DNA from: Moniliella sp. 'wahieum'
Lineage: Eukaryota
Direction: 5' to 3'
Assembly: GCA_003971905.1 (NCBI GenBank)
Contig: RSEE01000018.1
Coordinates: forward strand, 186,001 to 250,000
DNA length: 64,000 nucleotides
Positions 40,440-51,427 of the stretch are shown here, piece by piece (the stretch's first letter is position 1; each line of letters opens with the position of its first letter). The position numbers and the translations under genes are program-made. The notes beneath the pieces are model-generated. The model ran no database searches and was not told the origin of the DNA. It saw only the letters and a list, made by a program, of their open reading frames with translations.

Positions 40440-41400
40440 TCTCATGCAACAAACTATGTGGAAACGCACACCCCTGTAGTTTAGGGGTACAATTTACAAC
40501 CCCGTGGACGGCCAATCGGAGCAACGTATAGATACGGCGGTACGTCTGGCCTCAGAGCCTAGCTGAACCCCGAGCGGGTGTAGAGGCGAGGGGGAAACCC
40601 TCCAATTTGAGTGGCTGCCTGTGGGTGCAAATGCCGCAGAGCCCCGACCCTCCGAGGAAGGGGAAGCGTACCTAGCTCGTCAGACCCGTTGAAGGGGCCT
40701 CGAAACTCCGGGGTAACGTGGTTACCGTCTGGGGCGTTACCACACTCGACGCGCTGTCATGCATGTAATGGGGGGAATCAGACGGAGTCCTAACGAACTG
40801 AGTAAGCGATATTACTGAGAGTAGCCGCGGCTTGCAATGTATAACCGACGTGAGTCGTGCATTCGTAAGGGGGGTATGGAAGGTGGAACAGGAGATGAAC
40901 AGGATGAACCGCGGTTGAACAGGGTGAACAGAAGGATGGTCAGTACGTACCACAGCGAGCAAGTCTTATAGTAGACAGGGCTACTTACATATACAAAAGG
41001 AACCAGGCCTCTCAAGTGCCTCATGATGCATGACAGAAACAGAATGTGGGAGAACTTCCCAGAGAGGTACAGACTAAGATACGCAACCCGTGCTCTCAAA
41101 GGCGCTGACACTACGCAATCGGGCGCAGCAGGTAAAGGATGCTGTTAAGACCAGTGGGCGCGATGGGCACAAAAGCATCCCATCTCGTACCAATGAGAGC
41201 CCATATGCGATCAGGGCGAGCGGAGAGGATGATATAGTATCTGCAGCATGGATAAAAGGTGTCCGCTGGCTCTCTCTCGCTAATCTAACGGTACTTACGC
41301 GTATTTGGATGAGCCGTCTACGACATGCTGGTCTCTAATACGTCTGAGGTAACCGAAACGCCTCGTTACCTGTACCAGGTCATACATGCTGTGCCTCGCA
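40440..41400 (-). mobile_element. Decayed solo-LTR-like copy, left of HSP70
   Basis: Its reverse complement aligns co-linearly with 44468-45281 (GCGAGAGAGAGCCAG, CCTGCTGCGCCCGA, AGTGTCAGCGCCTTTGAGAGCA, GAGGCCTGGTTCCTT, GCAAGCCGCGG, GAGTGTGGTAACGCCC, AAACTACAGGGG). Weaker similarity to the solo LTR at 13185. Confidence 0.75.
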
Positions 41401-41919
41401 CCATATATGGCCTAGATGAGATGAGTGTATATATACCAAGTAATACGTGCTGTGGCCAACTTGTTATCAGGAGACACAGAGATGAAGGCTAGAAATCATA
41501 TTCATCTCAGTGTGGATGCTTCCGTCGGTGCCAGGCAGTGGGCCGCGCCAGCATTCGTGCATCGTCAAGACCGAAGGCATATATACGTTGAACGTTGGTG
41601 GCCATATGTACATCGTGCATCATGCATCAACACGTGCGTTGCGGCCTTTGTTGAAGTTATATAGGGTTAGCATCTGAGGAGGCGGTGAGATCTGAGAAGG
41701 GAAAGAGTTCAAGGTGAACGCTGTGGGATGTTGGCGCAGCCGAAGAAGCAATAAGCGCCCGATATGATAGGTGAAAGAGAGGCTGCTAATACGCTTCTAG
41801 GGATCGTGGCCTATGGTAGTGCCGGCGTGGTGAATGGCCCGGCTGCGCACTTCCAATGCAGCCATCAACCAGAGGCGAGGCGAAAAGTATATATAGAATG
41901 ATGCGAAATGGGCATCTGC

Positions 41920-42060
41920 ACCAACAACCCCAAAACAAACCCCTCCTCCAACCCCGCAACAATCCTCTCCTCCAAAACCACAACAATCATCTCCTCCAGC
42001 CACCCAACAATCCTCTCCTCCAGCCTCCCAACATTCCCCTTCTCCACACCCTCCTTCCCC
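41920..42060 (+). repeat. Degenerate 21-bp tandem repeat (~5-6 units) immediately upstream of the HSP70 ATG
   Basis: Consensus ~CAACAATCCTCTCCTCCAGCC. Translates in one frame as [38 protein letters not shown]. Confidence 0.85.
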
Positions 42061-42067
42061 GCTTGCC

Positions 42068-44078
42068 ATGTCGAACAAGGCAATTGGCATCGATCTCGGT
42101 ACTACCTTCTCGTGCGTTGCTGTCTGGCAGAACGACCGGGCTAAGGTCATTCCCAACCACCTGGGCAACCGCATCACCCCCTCCTATGTAGCCTTCAACG
42201 AACGCGAGCTCCTCAGGGGAGATGCCGCCCGTAACCAGGTCGGGATGAACGTGGACAACACGGTGTTTGACGCCAAGCGACTCATCGGTCGCCGGTTTGA
42301 TGATGAGGTGGTCCAGGAGGACATGAAGCATTGGCCATTCAAGGTGATTAACGTCGAGGGTCAGCCGATCATCCAAGTTGAGTACAAGAAAGAGACCAAG
42401 AAGTTCACCCCCGAGGAAATCTCGGCCATGGTGCTGACCCACATGCGCGAGACGGCCGAAGAGTTTCTTGGAGCAAAAGTACAGGACGCCGTGGTGACTG
42501 TGCCTGCCTATTTCGACAACATGCAACGCCAGGCGACCAAGGACGCTGGTACCATTGCAGGTCTCCGAGTCTTGCGCATCATCAACGAGCCGACTGCCGC
42601 CGCCATGGCGTACGGGTTGGACATTGACTGATACTGAGCGCACCGTCCTCATCTTTGATCTGGGTGGTGGTACCTTTGACGTGTCCCTGCTGACTATGCG
42701 CGAGGGGAGTTCCAAGTTTTGGCCACCAACGGTGACACCCACCTCGGTGGCGAGGACTTTGACACTCGTCTGGTCGAGCATTGCATCGAGATATTCGAAC
42801 GCAAAAACAACCCGAATAAGAATCTCAGATCCAACCCTCGTGCCATTCGCCGTCTCCGCACTACATGCGAGCGCGCAAAGTGCACCCTCTCTTCCGTCAC
42901 CCATACCCCGATCAACATCGACTATCTGCACGAAGGGATCGACTTTCAATGTGGCATCACCTGAAGCCGCTTTGAAGAGATGTGCGACGACTTGTTTCGC
43001 CGTATCATTGGCCCTCTTGAGAAGGTCCTGAGGGACGGCGAAGTCAAGAAGAGACAGGTCAACGCAATTGTTATGGTGGGCGGTTCAACACGGATTCCCC
43101 GTGTGCAACGTATTGTCTCTGAATTCTTTAACGGACGCGACCTCAACAAGTTGATCAACCCGGATGAGGCTGTTGCCATTGGAGCTGCCATCCAGGCTGC
43201 CATCCTCTCGGGCCACCTTACTAAGAAAACAGAAAACCTGAAACTGCTAGACGTGGTCCCCTTGTCTCTGGGAACAAGCTTGAGAGGGAATTTGTTCGAT
43301 CCACTGATCAAGCGCAATACGACTGTGCCTACAAAAACGTCCAAAGATGTTACTATGGAAGACAATCAGAGCTCATTCCTTATCGATGCGTACGAGGGAG
43401 AGCGGTCGCTGATTGGGGACAATCGCTTTCTCGGAAAGTTTATCCTTGATGGCATCCCACCAAGCCCCGTGGCGAGGCTGAGACTACCGTAACGTTTTCT
43501 GTGGACGCCAACTCGATCCTGACGATGTCAGCCGTCAATATGCAGACGAACAAGTCACAACAGATCGTCCTCAAAATAATGGTCGTCTGTCAAAGCAGGA
43601 CATTGCGCGCATGGTATCGGAAGCGAAGAAGTATAAGGCGGATGATGAAGCTGAACGCGCCCGAATTAAGGCCAAAACTGACCTCCAGTCATACGCACAG
43701 CGCCTGCGCAATGAGCCGGCCATGAGGAGCAACCTCAATAATCGCGAAAAGAAGGCGCTGGAAACGGCCATCAAGGAGACACTTAAATGGGTGGATGACT
43801 CGACGAGGTTTCTAAGAAGGTGTATGAGGATAAGCAGAAGGAACTACAGGCTATTGCCCACCCACCCCAGAAGCAGGCTGAGAATCGTGGCCAACGAGGC
43901 CGCCCTCGTGGGCAGCGAGGAGGGGCGGGCCGCCCGCGGGCGAAACAAGGGTGAACCCCCCTGCCCCCCCCTTCATCGGAATGATGCTGGTCCTATCGAT
44001 AGCTTGACGTCCTTTTGGAAGAGTGGTCCAGGCCCTGGATTGGGCACAATCATCCAAGGTGTCCGCCGTTTCCCCTAA
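42068..44078 (+). pseudogene. HSP70: Divergent intronless cytosolic-type HSP70 (SSA-like), possibly a pseudogene
   Basis: [86 protein letters not shown]. Contains several indels plus an in-frame TGA at 42962-42964 where Arg (T-R-x-R-F-E-E) is expected. No EEVD seen. Confidence 0.8.
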
Positions 44079-44373
44079 ATTTTCCTTCGCGTCGCAAGGT
44101 CAAACCCCTCGTGAAAGCAACTATTACTATCGCCCTACAAGCTGCTTTGATCATGCTCTTCTTCTATCCCATCCTGATCTGATTCCACCCACCACATCTA
44201 CTGTCACAAGATAATCGGTCCCACGGATCCCCTTGGGTCAGTGGTGATGAGCTGAGTGCATTTATGATCCTTTTGGAATTTCGTCGCTTGCATAGGGATC
44301 GGAATGCTTTAGAAGCCCCCTTCGCAGATACCACAGCATCAGAGCGTCCCCAACACGGTTGATGCAATATTGA

Positions 44374-45314
44374 TGTTACGAAGAGCCGCGTCGGTCTGCT
44401 CCGAGCTGGTTCAACCTGAGGCGCTGAGGCCCGTCTGCTGTACCCGAGCCCCACAAAGTGTTAATACGGGGCGCTTCGCTTATCTCCAGACTCTGAGCCC
44501 CGCACGTCGTAGACATCTCAGCCCAACACGCGTCAGTCCGACGGTTAGACTACTAGCGAGAGAGAGCCAGTCGACACCTTTTCCATGCTGCGGATACCAA
44601 CCGCGGTCCGCCATGGTCGCATGGGCTTTTAATTATCGGTACGATGCTTTGGCCCATTGCGGCGAGTCTTGCTGGAAGAACCCTTCCTGCTGCGCCCGAC
44701 TATGCAGTGTCAGCGCCTTTGAGAGCAAGGGCTGTGCCCTCTCTGGAAAGTGGCCCGCATTCTGTCCATACCTGTCATGGGGCACTTGAGGCCTGGTTCC
44801 TTCTGTATATACGCAGCCATGTCCAGGGCTTGCTGGCTGTGGTCCTGGACAACCATCCTATCTTTGGTCTCCCGACTACCGTTCCTCTCTCGCCCTTCCA
44901 CTCCTTCTACCACCCTTACGCTTACGAATTTACATCTTACGTCGAGTATGCTGCAAGCCGCGGTTACTCTCTTCAGTAGCGCTTGCTCTTCTTTAGGACT
45001 CTGTCTGTTCCTGCCTACTACAGCGTACGGAGTGTGGTAACGCCCGAGGCACACAGTAACTTCGGAGCTCTTGGACCTCGTCAACTGGTCTAACCACTAC
45101 GAACGCGGCGCCTACCTCGGGGTCTGAGCTGCGGCTTTGCGCGTAGGCAGCCACCCAAACTAGAGGCTTTTCCCTCAGGCCTCACATCTCTACATCTGCT
45201 CGATTAACCAGGATGAAGCATGACCTAACGTACGAGACCGATGGGCCTCTATGCAAGGGTTTATACCCGAAACTACAGGGGAGGTCCCACCTCGGGGCCC
45301 CCCACCCCATGAAA
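44374..45314 (+). mobile_element. Decayed solo-LTR-like copy, right of HSP70 and inverted relative to 40440-41400
   Basis: The start TGTTACG..GCCGCGTCGG..CGAGCTGGTTCAACC..GCTGAGGCCCGTCTG matches the reverse complement of the 14019 end of the intact LTR. The end ...CCCCATGAAA matches its other end. No TSD. Confidence 0.75.
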
Positions 45315-45659
45315 CTGGCGGCGCTGCCCGTGCCAGTATCTTGATGTTTTTGAGCTAGTTTAGCACACAACTCCTCCTCTGACCGTCCTTGTGATTGTTG
45401 GTTTATGCTCATCGTCCACACATTCTACAACATTACCTTTGTCTTTCGCTGTGATGAAAGAGGGAATCGTAATAAATTGTGTTCTTGACTTGGTTTGGGG
45501 AGGTTGTTTTGTCGAAGAAGAAAAGGGATAAAGAAGGGGAGCGTGTATGCATATATGCGCGAACCCTTTTTGCCGCCCCGATCTTCCAGCCCCTGAAGGG
45601 CGCAACATAAAGCAATCATGGCAAAAAAACAGCCAGCCAGACGCTAGGCATCCACTGCT

Positions 45660-47439
45660 CAAACGATCAGAGCGGGGGTTTCGTTGCATGCCCAGGACGC
45701 AGCGCGCAATACAACGGTTGCAGTGGCCGGCGGCCACGCCGCGATCGGCCATGCGGAAGCGCACGTCATGCAAGCGTGGCAAGGCGAGAGTAAGGTTACG
45801 CGTCACCTCCGTACCCTCACTTTGGTACGACGCACCAGTCCAAAACACTTCGGCCGCCGAGGCAGCACGGGGCCAGATGGTGGCATCAAGCGAAGGTCCA
45901 TCCACCGTCTCGGACCACAACGCTGCTTCCACCCAAGATACGCTCCTTGCCCCCGGTATGGTGCTGGTACCATTGTACGGATCAATTCGTACATCTTGCT
46001 CCATGACACGTACGGGCACCAGTAGGTTGCGTTGCCCGGTGCGCCACTCACCCACGCACCGGCGGTGCCGGTCGAGATAAAAGTAATCCGACGAGGCTAC
46101 AATCACCTTGACGCCCGGATTGGCCTCCAGGATCTGGGTCGCGGCCGAGGCGGTGGTCCAGGCTTCGACGATCGTGCCGTTGCGCAGCGACTTGCCCGTC
46201 TCGGGAAAGGTAACCGCATCTCTTCCCACACCATCGGCGTCTTGCCCAGTTTTTCCAGGACATCATGAGCGGTGTTGAGAAAGGGTCTGACGCCGTTGCG
46301 TCAATGTCGGTTGCGTTGGTCACATTGTAGCAACCCAGATTGACCTCATCGCCCCCAGTGCCAAAGAGCGGGCTGGGGAAAAGCGGGGCCACTGCTGGAG
46401 CAAGCCAGTGATGTACTGGCTTACAGCGGGATGGTTGAGCTTGAGCGAGCCTGGCGGCGGCTCGTTGGCCACCGTCCACATTCAGCTTCGCCCCCGCACT
46501 GAAGCAGATCGGGGGCAAAGTCCTTGACCCCTTCGTACTCGTGGCCCGGCATGTCGATCTCGACGTTGACGTTGATTCCGCGTTCGGTAGCATAGGCAAC
46601 CACACTGGCTACATCGGCCCGGGAGTACGTCAAGCCTGGGCTTGAGGCGCCCTTTTGCGCCAAGACGGAATAGTTGCCATCCAGCTCAAGCGGGAAGCTT
46701 TGCGAGTCGGAAATGTGCCAGTAAACTATAGAGGTAACCATGGAGAGCATAACGGGGTCCAGTTAGGTGGGGGGGAAGGTTGGGAGGACGCGACAGCGTA
46801 TAATACGTACTTGGTTGAACTTGACGAGAGACATCGTGTCGAGCTGGTGCTGAATTTCTGCGATTGAATAATAGTTGCGTCCCGTGTCGAGCAGGAAACC
46901 GCGGTAGGGGAATGCTGGTTTGTCCTGGATGGAGTAGGGAACGTTGGGGATGTACTTGGAGGAGCCATCGGGGAGGGCAAAATGAGTGCTGGAAGGTGGT
47001 CAAACCCGCGGGCGCCCGCGCGTGTTGGCGATACAATCGTGCCGCGCCATCGGCGGGTACGGTGAGGTTGTACACCTCATCGTACTTTTCGGGCAGCTTG
47101 GCCAATCTCCAGCGAGGGAAGAGGATTGGAGGGAAGGTGAACCTGCACAGAGGTGAGGGTGGGCGCGGTGGGGCTGTGCCGCTTGGCTAGCTCCCGGTCG
47201 ACGACGAGGGCAAGCATGTTGGAGGCCTTGATCTCGGACACGATGCGTTGGGCCGCATTTTGGAGATCAGCGGGTGCGCCTGAAGGAAGGTGGATGGCGA
47301 GATGGGCAGCATCGAGGCGGACCGACTGCTGGCCCGAGTGGACGGAAGCAGGCTGCGGCCAAAGAGCATGGGCTGTGGGCAGCATGTGCAGCACGGCGAA
47401 CGCCGAGGCGAGGGTGAGGGGCCATGAGGGGAGGATCAT
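45660..47439 (-). CDS. Secreted beta-N-acetylhexosaminidase, GH20; frameshifted
   Basis: Signal peptide plus ALWPQP; IQDKPAFPYRGFLLDT; WHISDSQSFPL; EIDMPGH; catalytic GTGGDEV; YFYLD; EAALWSE; IWPRAASAAEVFW. Confidence 0.93.
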
Positions 47440-48260
47440 GGCGGGCAGAGGTGGTGGGGGACGGCGATGGAAGGACGGGTGGAGAGGGGGGATATAATAT
47501 CGCCGCATCCGACATGTACACGGAGAGAGGCGGAGGATGAGTTGCTGACTGCCGGCCGCAGCTATTAGAGGGATGGGTGACCGGTGATGGGTCGCTTGGG
47601 GGTGCTGCTGTCGGTCGTCTCTGCTCCGATGAGAGAAACGGCGAGGGGCATTATGTGGGCGCTATGGCCGTGCGCCTCTATATATGAGGCGCTGTCTTGA
47701 TCGACGATCCCAGCGACGCTCTTCCGATGGATGGCTGCCACGGCAATGACATATACAATGTGTTCTGGTGGCGCTCGGCCCCAGGAGCCATGCAGCGCTG
47801 CTTGATGCGCATGTGGCATTCGTGCAAGCGCTCTGCCCCACCGCCCGCTTTCCGCAGCGGGTACACGCCAACCCACTGTCCTTCTCCGATGGGTGGTGCC
47901 TTGTCCCGGTCGCGAGGTACATACTCCGCCCTAATACCCCACCTCCATATCAGAAGCATCACCGCCAGCGGGCGGCGCCACATCACAAGCACATCACGGG
48001 GTGTCTGAATATTTCATGCTGCAGATGCACCGACGCCATCGTCATCGATCATCGATCATCCAGTCATCATCGACCCATCTGCCATGTGAAAGTTTCGACG
48101 CAGCCCAGTGATTTTTTTGTGCGGCTGCAAAAAAAGCAAAAGCCAGTGGGCGCTGAGCTGGAGCCACTCTGCTTCAGCTGCGGGTGCGCGCCAGAGCCCA
48201 CAAACCCATCGTGCGTCCCATCTCCCGTCTCTTCTCCAGCCCGCCCCCATCCGCATCCCC

Positions 48261-51180
48261 ATGTCGTCCCGCACCGAAAAGGCTGGCTCCAAGTTCAAGC
48301 CCATCCTGGGGCGCAGGCCTGCCGCCCGCCCCGCCAAGCCCTCGTCCTCGGCCCCCGGCCTCCCGCCTCCCGCCTCAGCACAGCTCCCGCCCCGTCTTCG
48401 TCCGGCACCGGGTCAGGCGAGGCATCGGCCTTGTCCTCGGCACTGCCTCCGACGCCCGTCGCCCAGGCACACGCCACAGCCACTTCCCAGCCCGTCCACG
48501 ATGCCTCGTCCCTGGCCAGCGCCATGCCCATCCATCCTTCCGCCCCCCCTGCCTCTTCCCTCCCTGCCCCCCTACCGTGGCCGGACCCGCGCTTGCGCGA
48601 CCAAGAATGACCCCCACGCCGTCTCCGGCCCCCTCCAGGGCAGGCATGTCACGACCATCCCTCTCCCTTGCGCAGCCCATGCCGCTCCACTCTCTTGCCT
48701 CTCGCCCCATGGGCAGTGGGGCCAGAGTGCCCGTGCCCGTTCCCCCCCGCCAGGTCCCCGGCCACACCGTGCCACCACCTCGAGCACCCTCGCCCCCTCT
48801 TCAAGCGGCACCAATGCCACCACCCCCACCACCCCCACCACCACTAGCGACCGTTCCCCCACCCCCTTCTCCTGCGCTCCCAGAAACTGCCTTGTTCGAC
48901 CTCGAGGGCATGCTGCAAGCTCCGCTGCCCTCCCTGCCTGGGTTGCCGCACCTCGACGCCTCGGGGTCAAGCGGCATCGATGGTATGGGCGCTACTTCTG
49001 GCATGGTGGCTCAGGAGCCTGTTCCGATTCCGATGGATCTTGCCGATCTGGCGGGCAAACTACGCTCTGCGCCTTCCTCTCCCGCTTCACCCCCGCCCCA
49101 CCAGCGCGCGAAGCGGGCCCGAGCGGAATCAGGTAGTAACGTGGCCTCTCTTCCCGACTCGGACGGGAGCGGATCCAAGAGTGGGTCTGTTGTGACAGGA
49201 TCGGTGGCGGGATCGGTGGCGGGATCGGTATCAAGGCGGCGGGGCAAGAGGAGGGCCCACCAGCCTGTCCTGCCCACCTATTCGGAAGAGAAGGAGCGGT
49301 GGCAAGAAGTGTGGGGGGAGTACCAAGCGCGGGTGGAGGCGCATGCCAAGGTGCGGGCGGAGAAGGCGGAGGTGCGTGCGGCCCGGAGGGAGGTAGGGTC
49401 GGACGTGGAGGATACCACGTCCGAGTCGGAGCAGGATGAGCCGCAGTTGCACTTGCCGCCCGATATGCAGGGCCCCTCCGATTCGGCGAGCATGGCCGAT
49501 TTGACGTCGATGCGGTGGGTGCGGGGCGTGCCGCGGGACAAGACGTTTGAGCTGAGCGAACGCCATGCTCAATGGCGCAAGGGCAAGGCCGACCTTGCGG
49601 CACGGGCCCAGCGTCGGCTCGAGCGCCGCATCGCTCGTGGCAAGGAGTACTGGGAGCGCGACGGCCACAGCGAGGAGTCGGCTTCGGAACAGGAAGAAGC
49701 TGAGCCAGCTGATGCCAATGGCGATGCGCACCTTAACCCCGTGACGGTCAAGCAAGAAGGAGCCACTCGGACCACTCGCCCTCACCCGGAAACGGAACCG
49801 TGGTGGGCCGGTATGAAGAGGAGGAGGAAGAGGTGGTGGGCATGCTGGACGGTGCTGCGGCGGAGGACGAGGCAGAAGACGAGACTGCGCCTCCATCTCG
49901 TGGTCAGGGTAAAGGCAAAGGCAAAGGCAAAGGCAAAGGCAAAGGCAAAGGCAAGGCAAATCCCGAGGCGACCGGCCTGCCTTCCCCGCGCCTGCGCAAG
50001 TTCCAAGAATCGAACACCACCGCCCAATTCCGCATCCGAGACGACGGGACGATTGATGTGGATCCCGACTCGCTTCTGGTCGACCGGAACAAGGAAGCTT
50101 GGGACCAAGCCCAGGATGATGCGCTGGACCCGACCATCATTGGAGACGAGTGGACATTTACCAACAGTGCCTCGTTTGCAGCGACGACGCGGCGAGGTAA
50201 GAGCCTATCGATCACCAAGGACGGCGAATCCGCCCTGGCCCGGAGCAAGCGGTGGAGCAAGCAAGAGACGCAGCAGTTCCTCTCTGCTGTGCGCTTGTGG
50301 GGGACCGACTTTGGCATGGTCGCTCGTGCCTTTCCCGAACGCACCCGACCCAAATCGTGGCCAAATGGCGCAAAATGGAAGCCGAGGACCCGGGCGCACT
50401 GGATGCAGCATTCAAAAAAAGACACCACTCAAGCGCACCTGCACGCCGGGCTCGTCGCGTGCCTCTACCGCCGGCCCTGGGTGCGTCTCGGTCCAACACG
50501 CCTTCGGTTGGCCTGCGTGCCGAGACGCCAGCTTCGATGCTGAGCCGCTCGCATACCCCGCTCACGTCCGTCTCTACCCCAGGCACGATGACAGACACCC
50601 CAGCACCTGAGGAGCCCTTGGACAAGCGTCCTATTCCTTTGTCGTCTCGGGCGGAAGAGGAGACGGAGGAGCCCGGGAGCCCGAGGCAAGCTGCTATGGA
50701 ACCGCCTGCGTTTCACAAAGGATCTGCCAATCCCGAGCTTTTCCCTGACGAACCCGTCCAAGGACTGGAGCCAGAGGAGAATGGAACGATGACGATTGAG
50801 GACTGGGCTCGGGTGGCCAAGGTGGATCTTGATCTGCCTGCCCCGCCAATCGAGTTGCCGCTGCACGTCAAGGCTTCGCTCGAGGAGGAGGCCGAGCGGG
50901 AAGCGGCGCTTGGGCGTAAAGGAATCAAGCGATCCCGCTCTCAGGTCGAAGACGACGACGCATGGGAAGAGGAGGAGTGGAAGTGTTGCCGGACGGGTCG
51001 CAGCGGGTCACCCTGGTCCGGGTCAAGAAGCGCCGTGCTGCTCAGCGCCGAGGCAAGAAGGTTCCTCAGGCACGCGAGATGGTCGCCCCGTCTCGCGACC
51101 ACGCCCATCGGGCAGATGTGCTGGCTCGACAGGCCGGCTTGGCGGCGGGCGAATCGGAAGAATTTGTGGGGTCCTACTAA
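48261..51180 (+). CDS. BDP1: TFIIIB subunit B'' (SANT/Myb domain); frameshifted
   Basis: N-terminal MSSRTEKAGSKFKP; AQFRIRDDGTIDVDPDSLLVDR; FTNSASF; SANT domain RWSKQETQQFLSAVRLWGTDFGMVARAFPERTR..QIVAKWRKME. Confidence 0.87.
49907..49959 (+). repeat. (GGCAAA)n hexamer microsatellite encoding a poly-GK tract in BDP1
   Basis: Read directly from the sequence; translates GKGKGKGKGKGKGK in ORF 49800-50543. Confidence 0.9.
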
Positions 51181-51427
51181 ACCCGAAAACTATAAACTGC
51201 ATTGCTACATCCACTCTGCCCTCCTTGGGCTCTTGCGGTGTCGCACCATAAAACCTAGCATCACCATTGCATCAATTGAATCATCAAATGCATCCTCATC
51301 TCTCTATCCGCCAATAGCCCACACGATCTTAGGCGACATAAAAAAACAGCCCCAGGGGAGCGGGGGACAAGGCAGGAGGAGGCACAAACGCACCCAAGGT
51401 GAAGCTCTGCCGGGCCAAACCAAACTA

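Noticed and set aside
40755..41035. Stand-alone MITE defined by TGTCATGCAT...ATGCATGACA
   Set aside because: There is no TSD, and homology to the 44374-45314 copy continues on both sides, so it is internal to the larger repeat.
41987..42949. 320-aa antisense ORF opposite HSP70, and similar long antisense ORFs over CK1, ThrRS, PRM10 and the GLTSCR1 gene
   Set aside because: These are shadow ORFs expected from codon bias in GC-rich genes, well known opposite HSP70.
40440..45314. DIRS-type element or Starship as the identity of the HSP70 island
   Set aside because: No tyrosine recombinase, RT or internal complementary region is visible, and the arms match a conventional TG..CA solo LTR with a 5-bp TSD.
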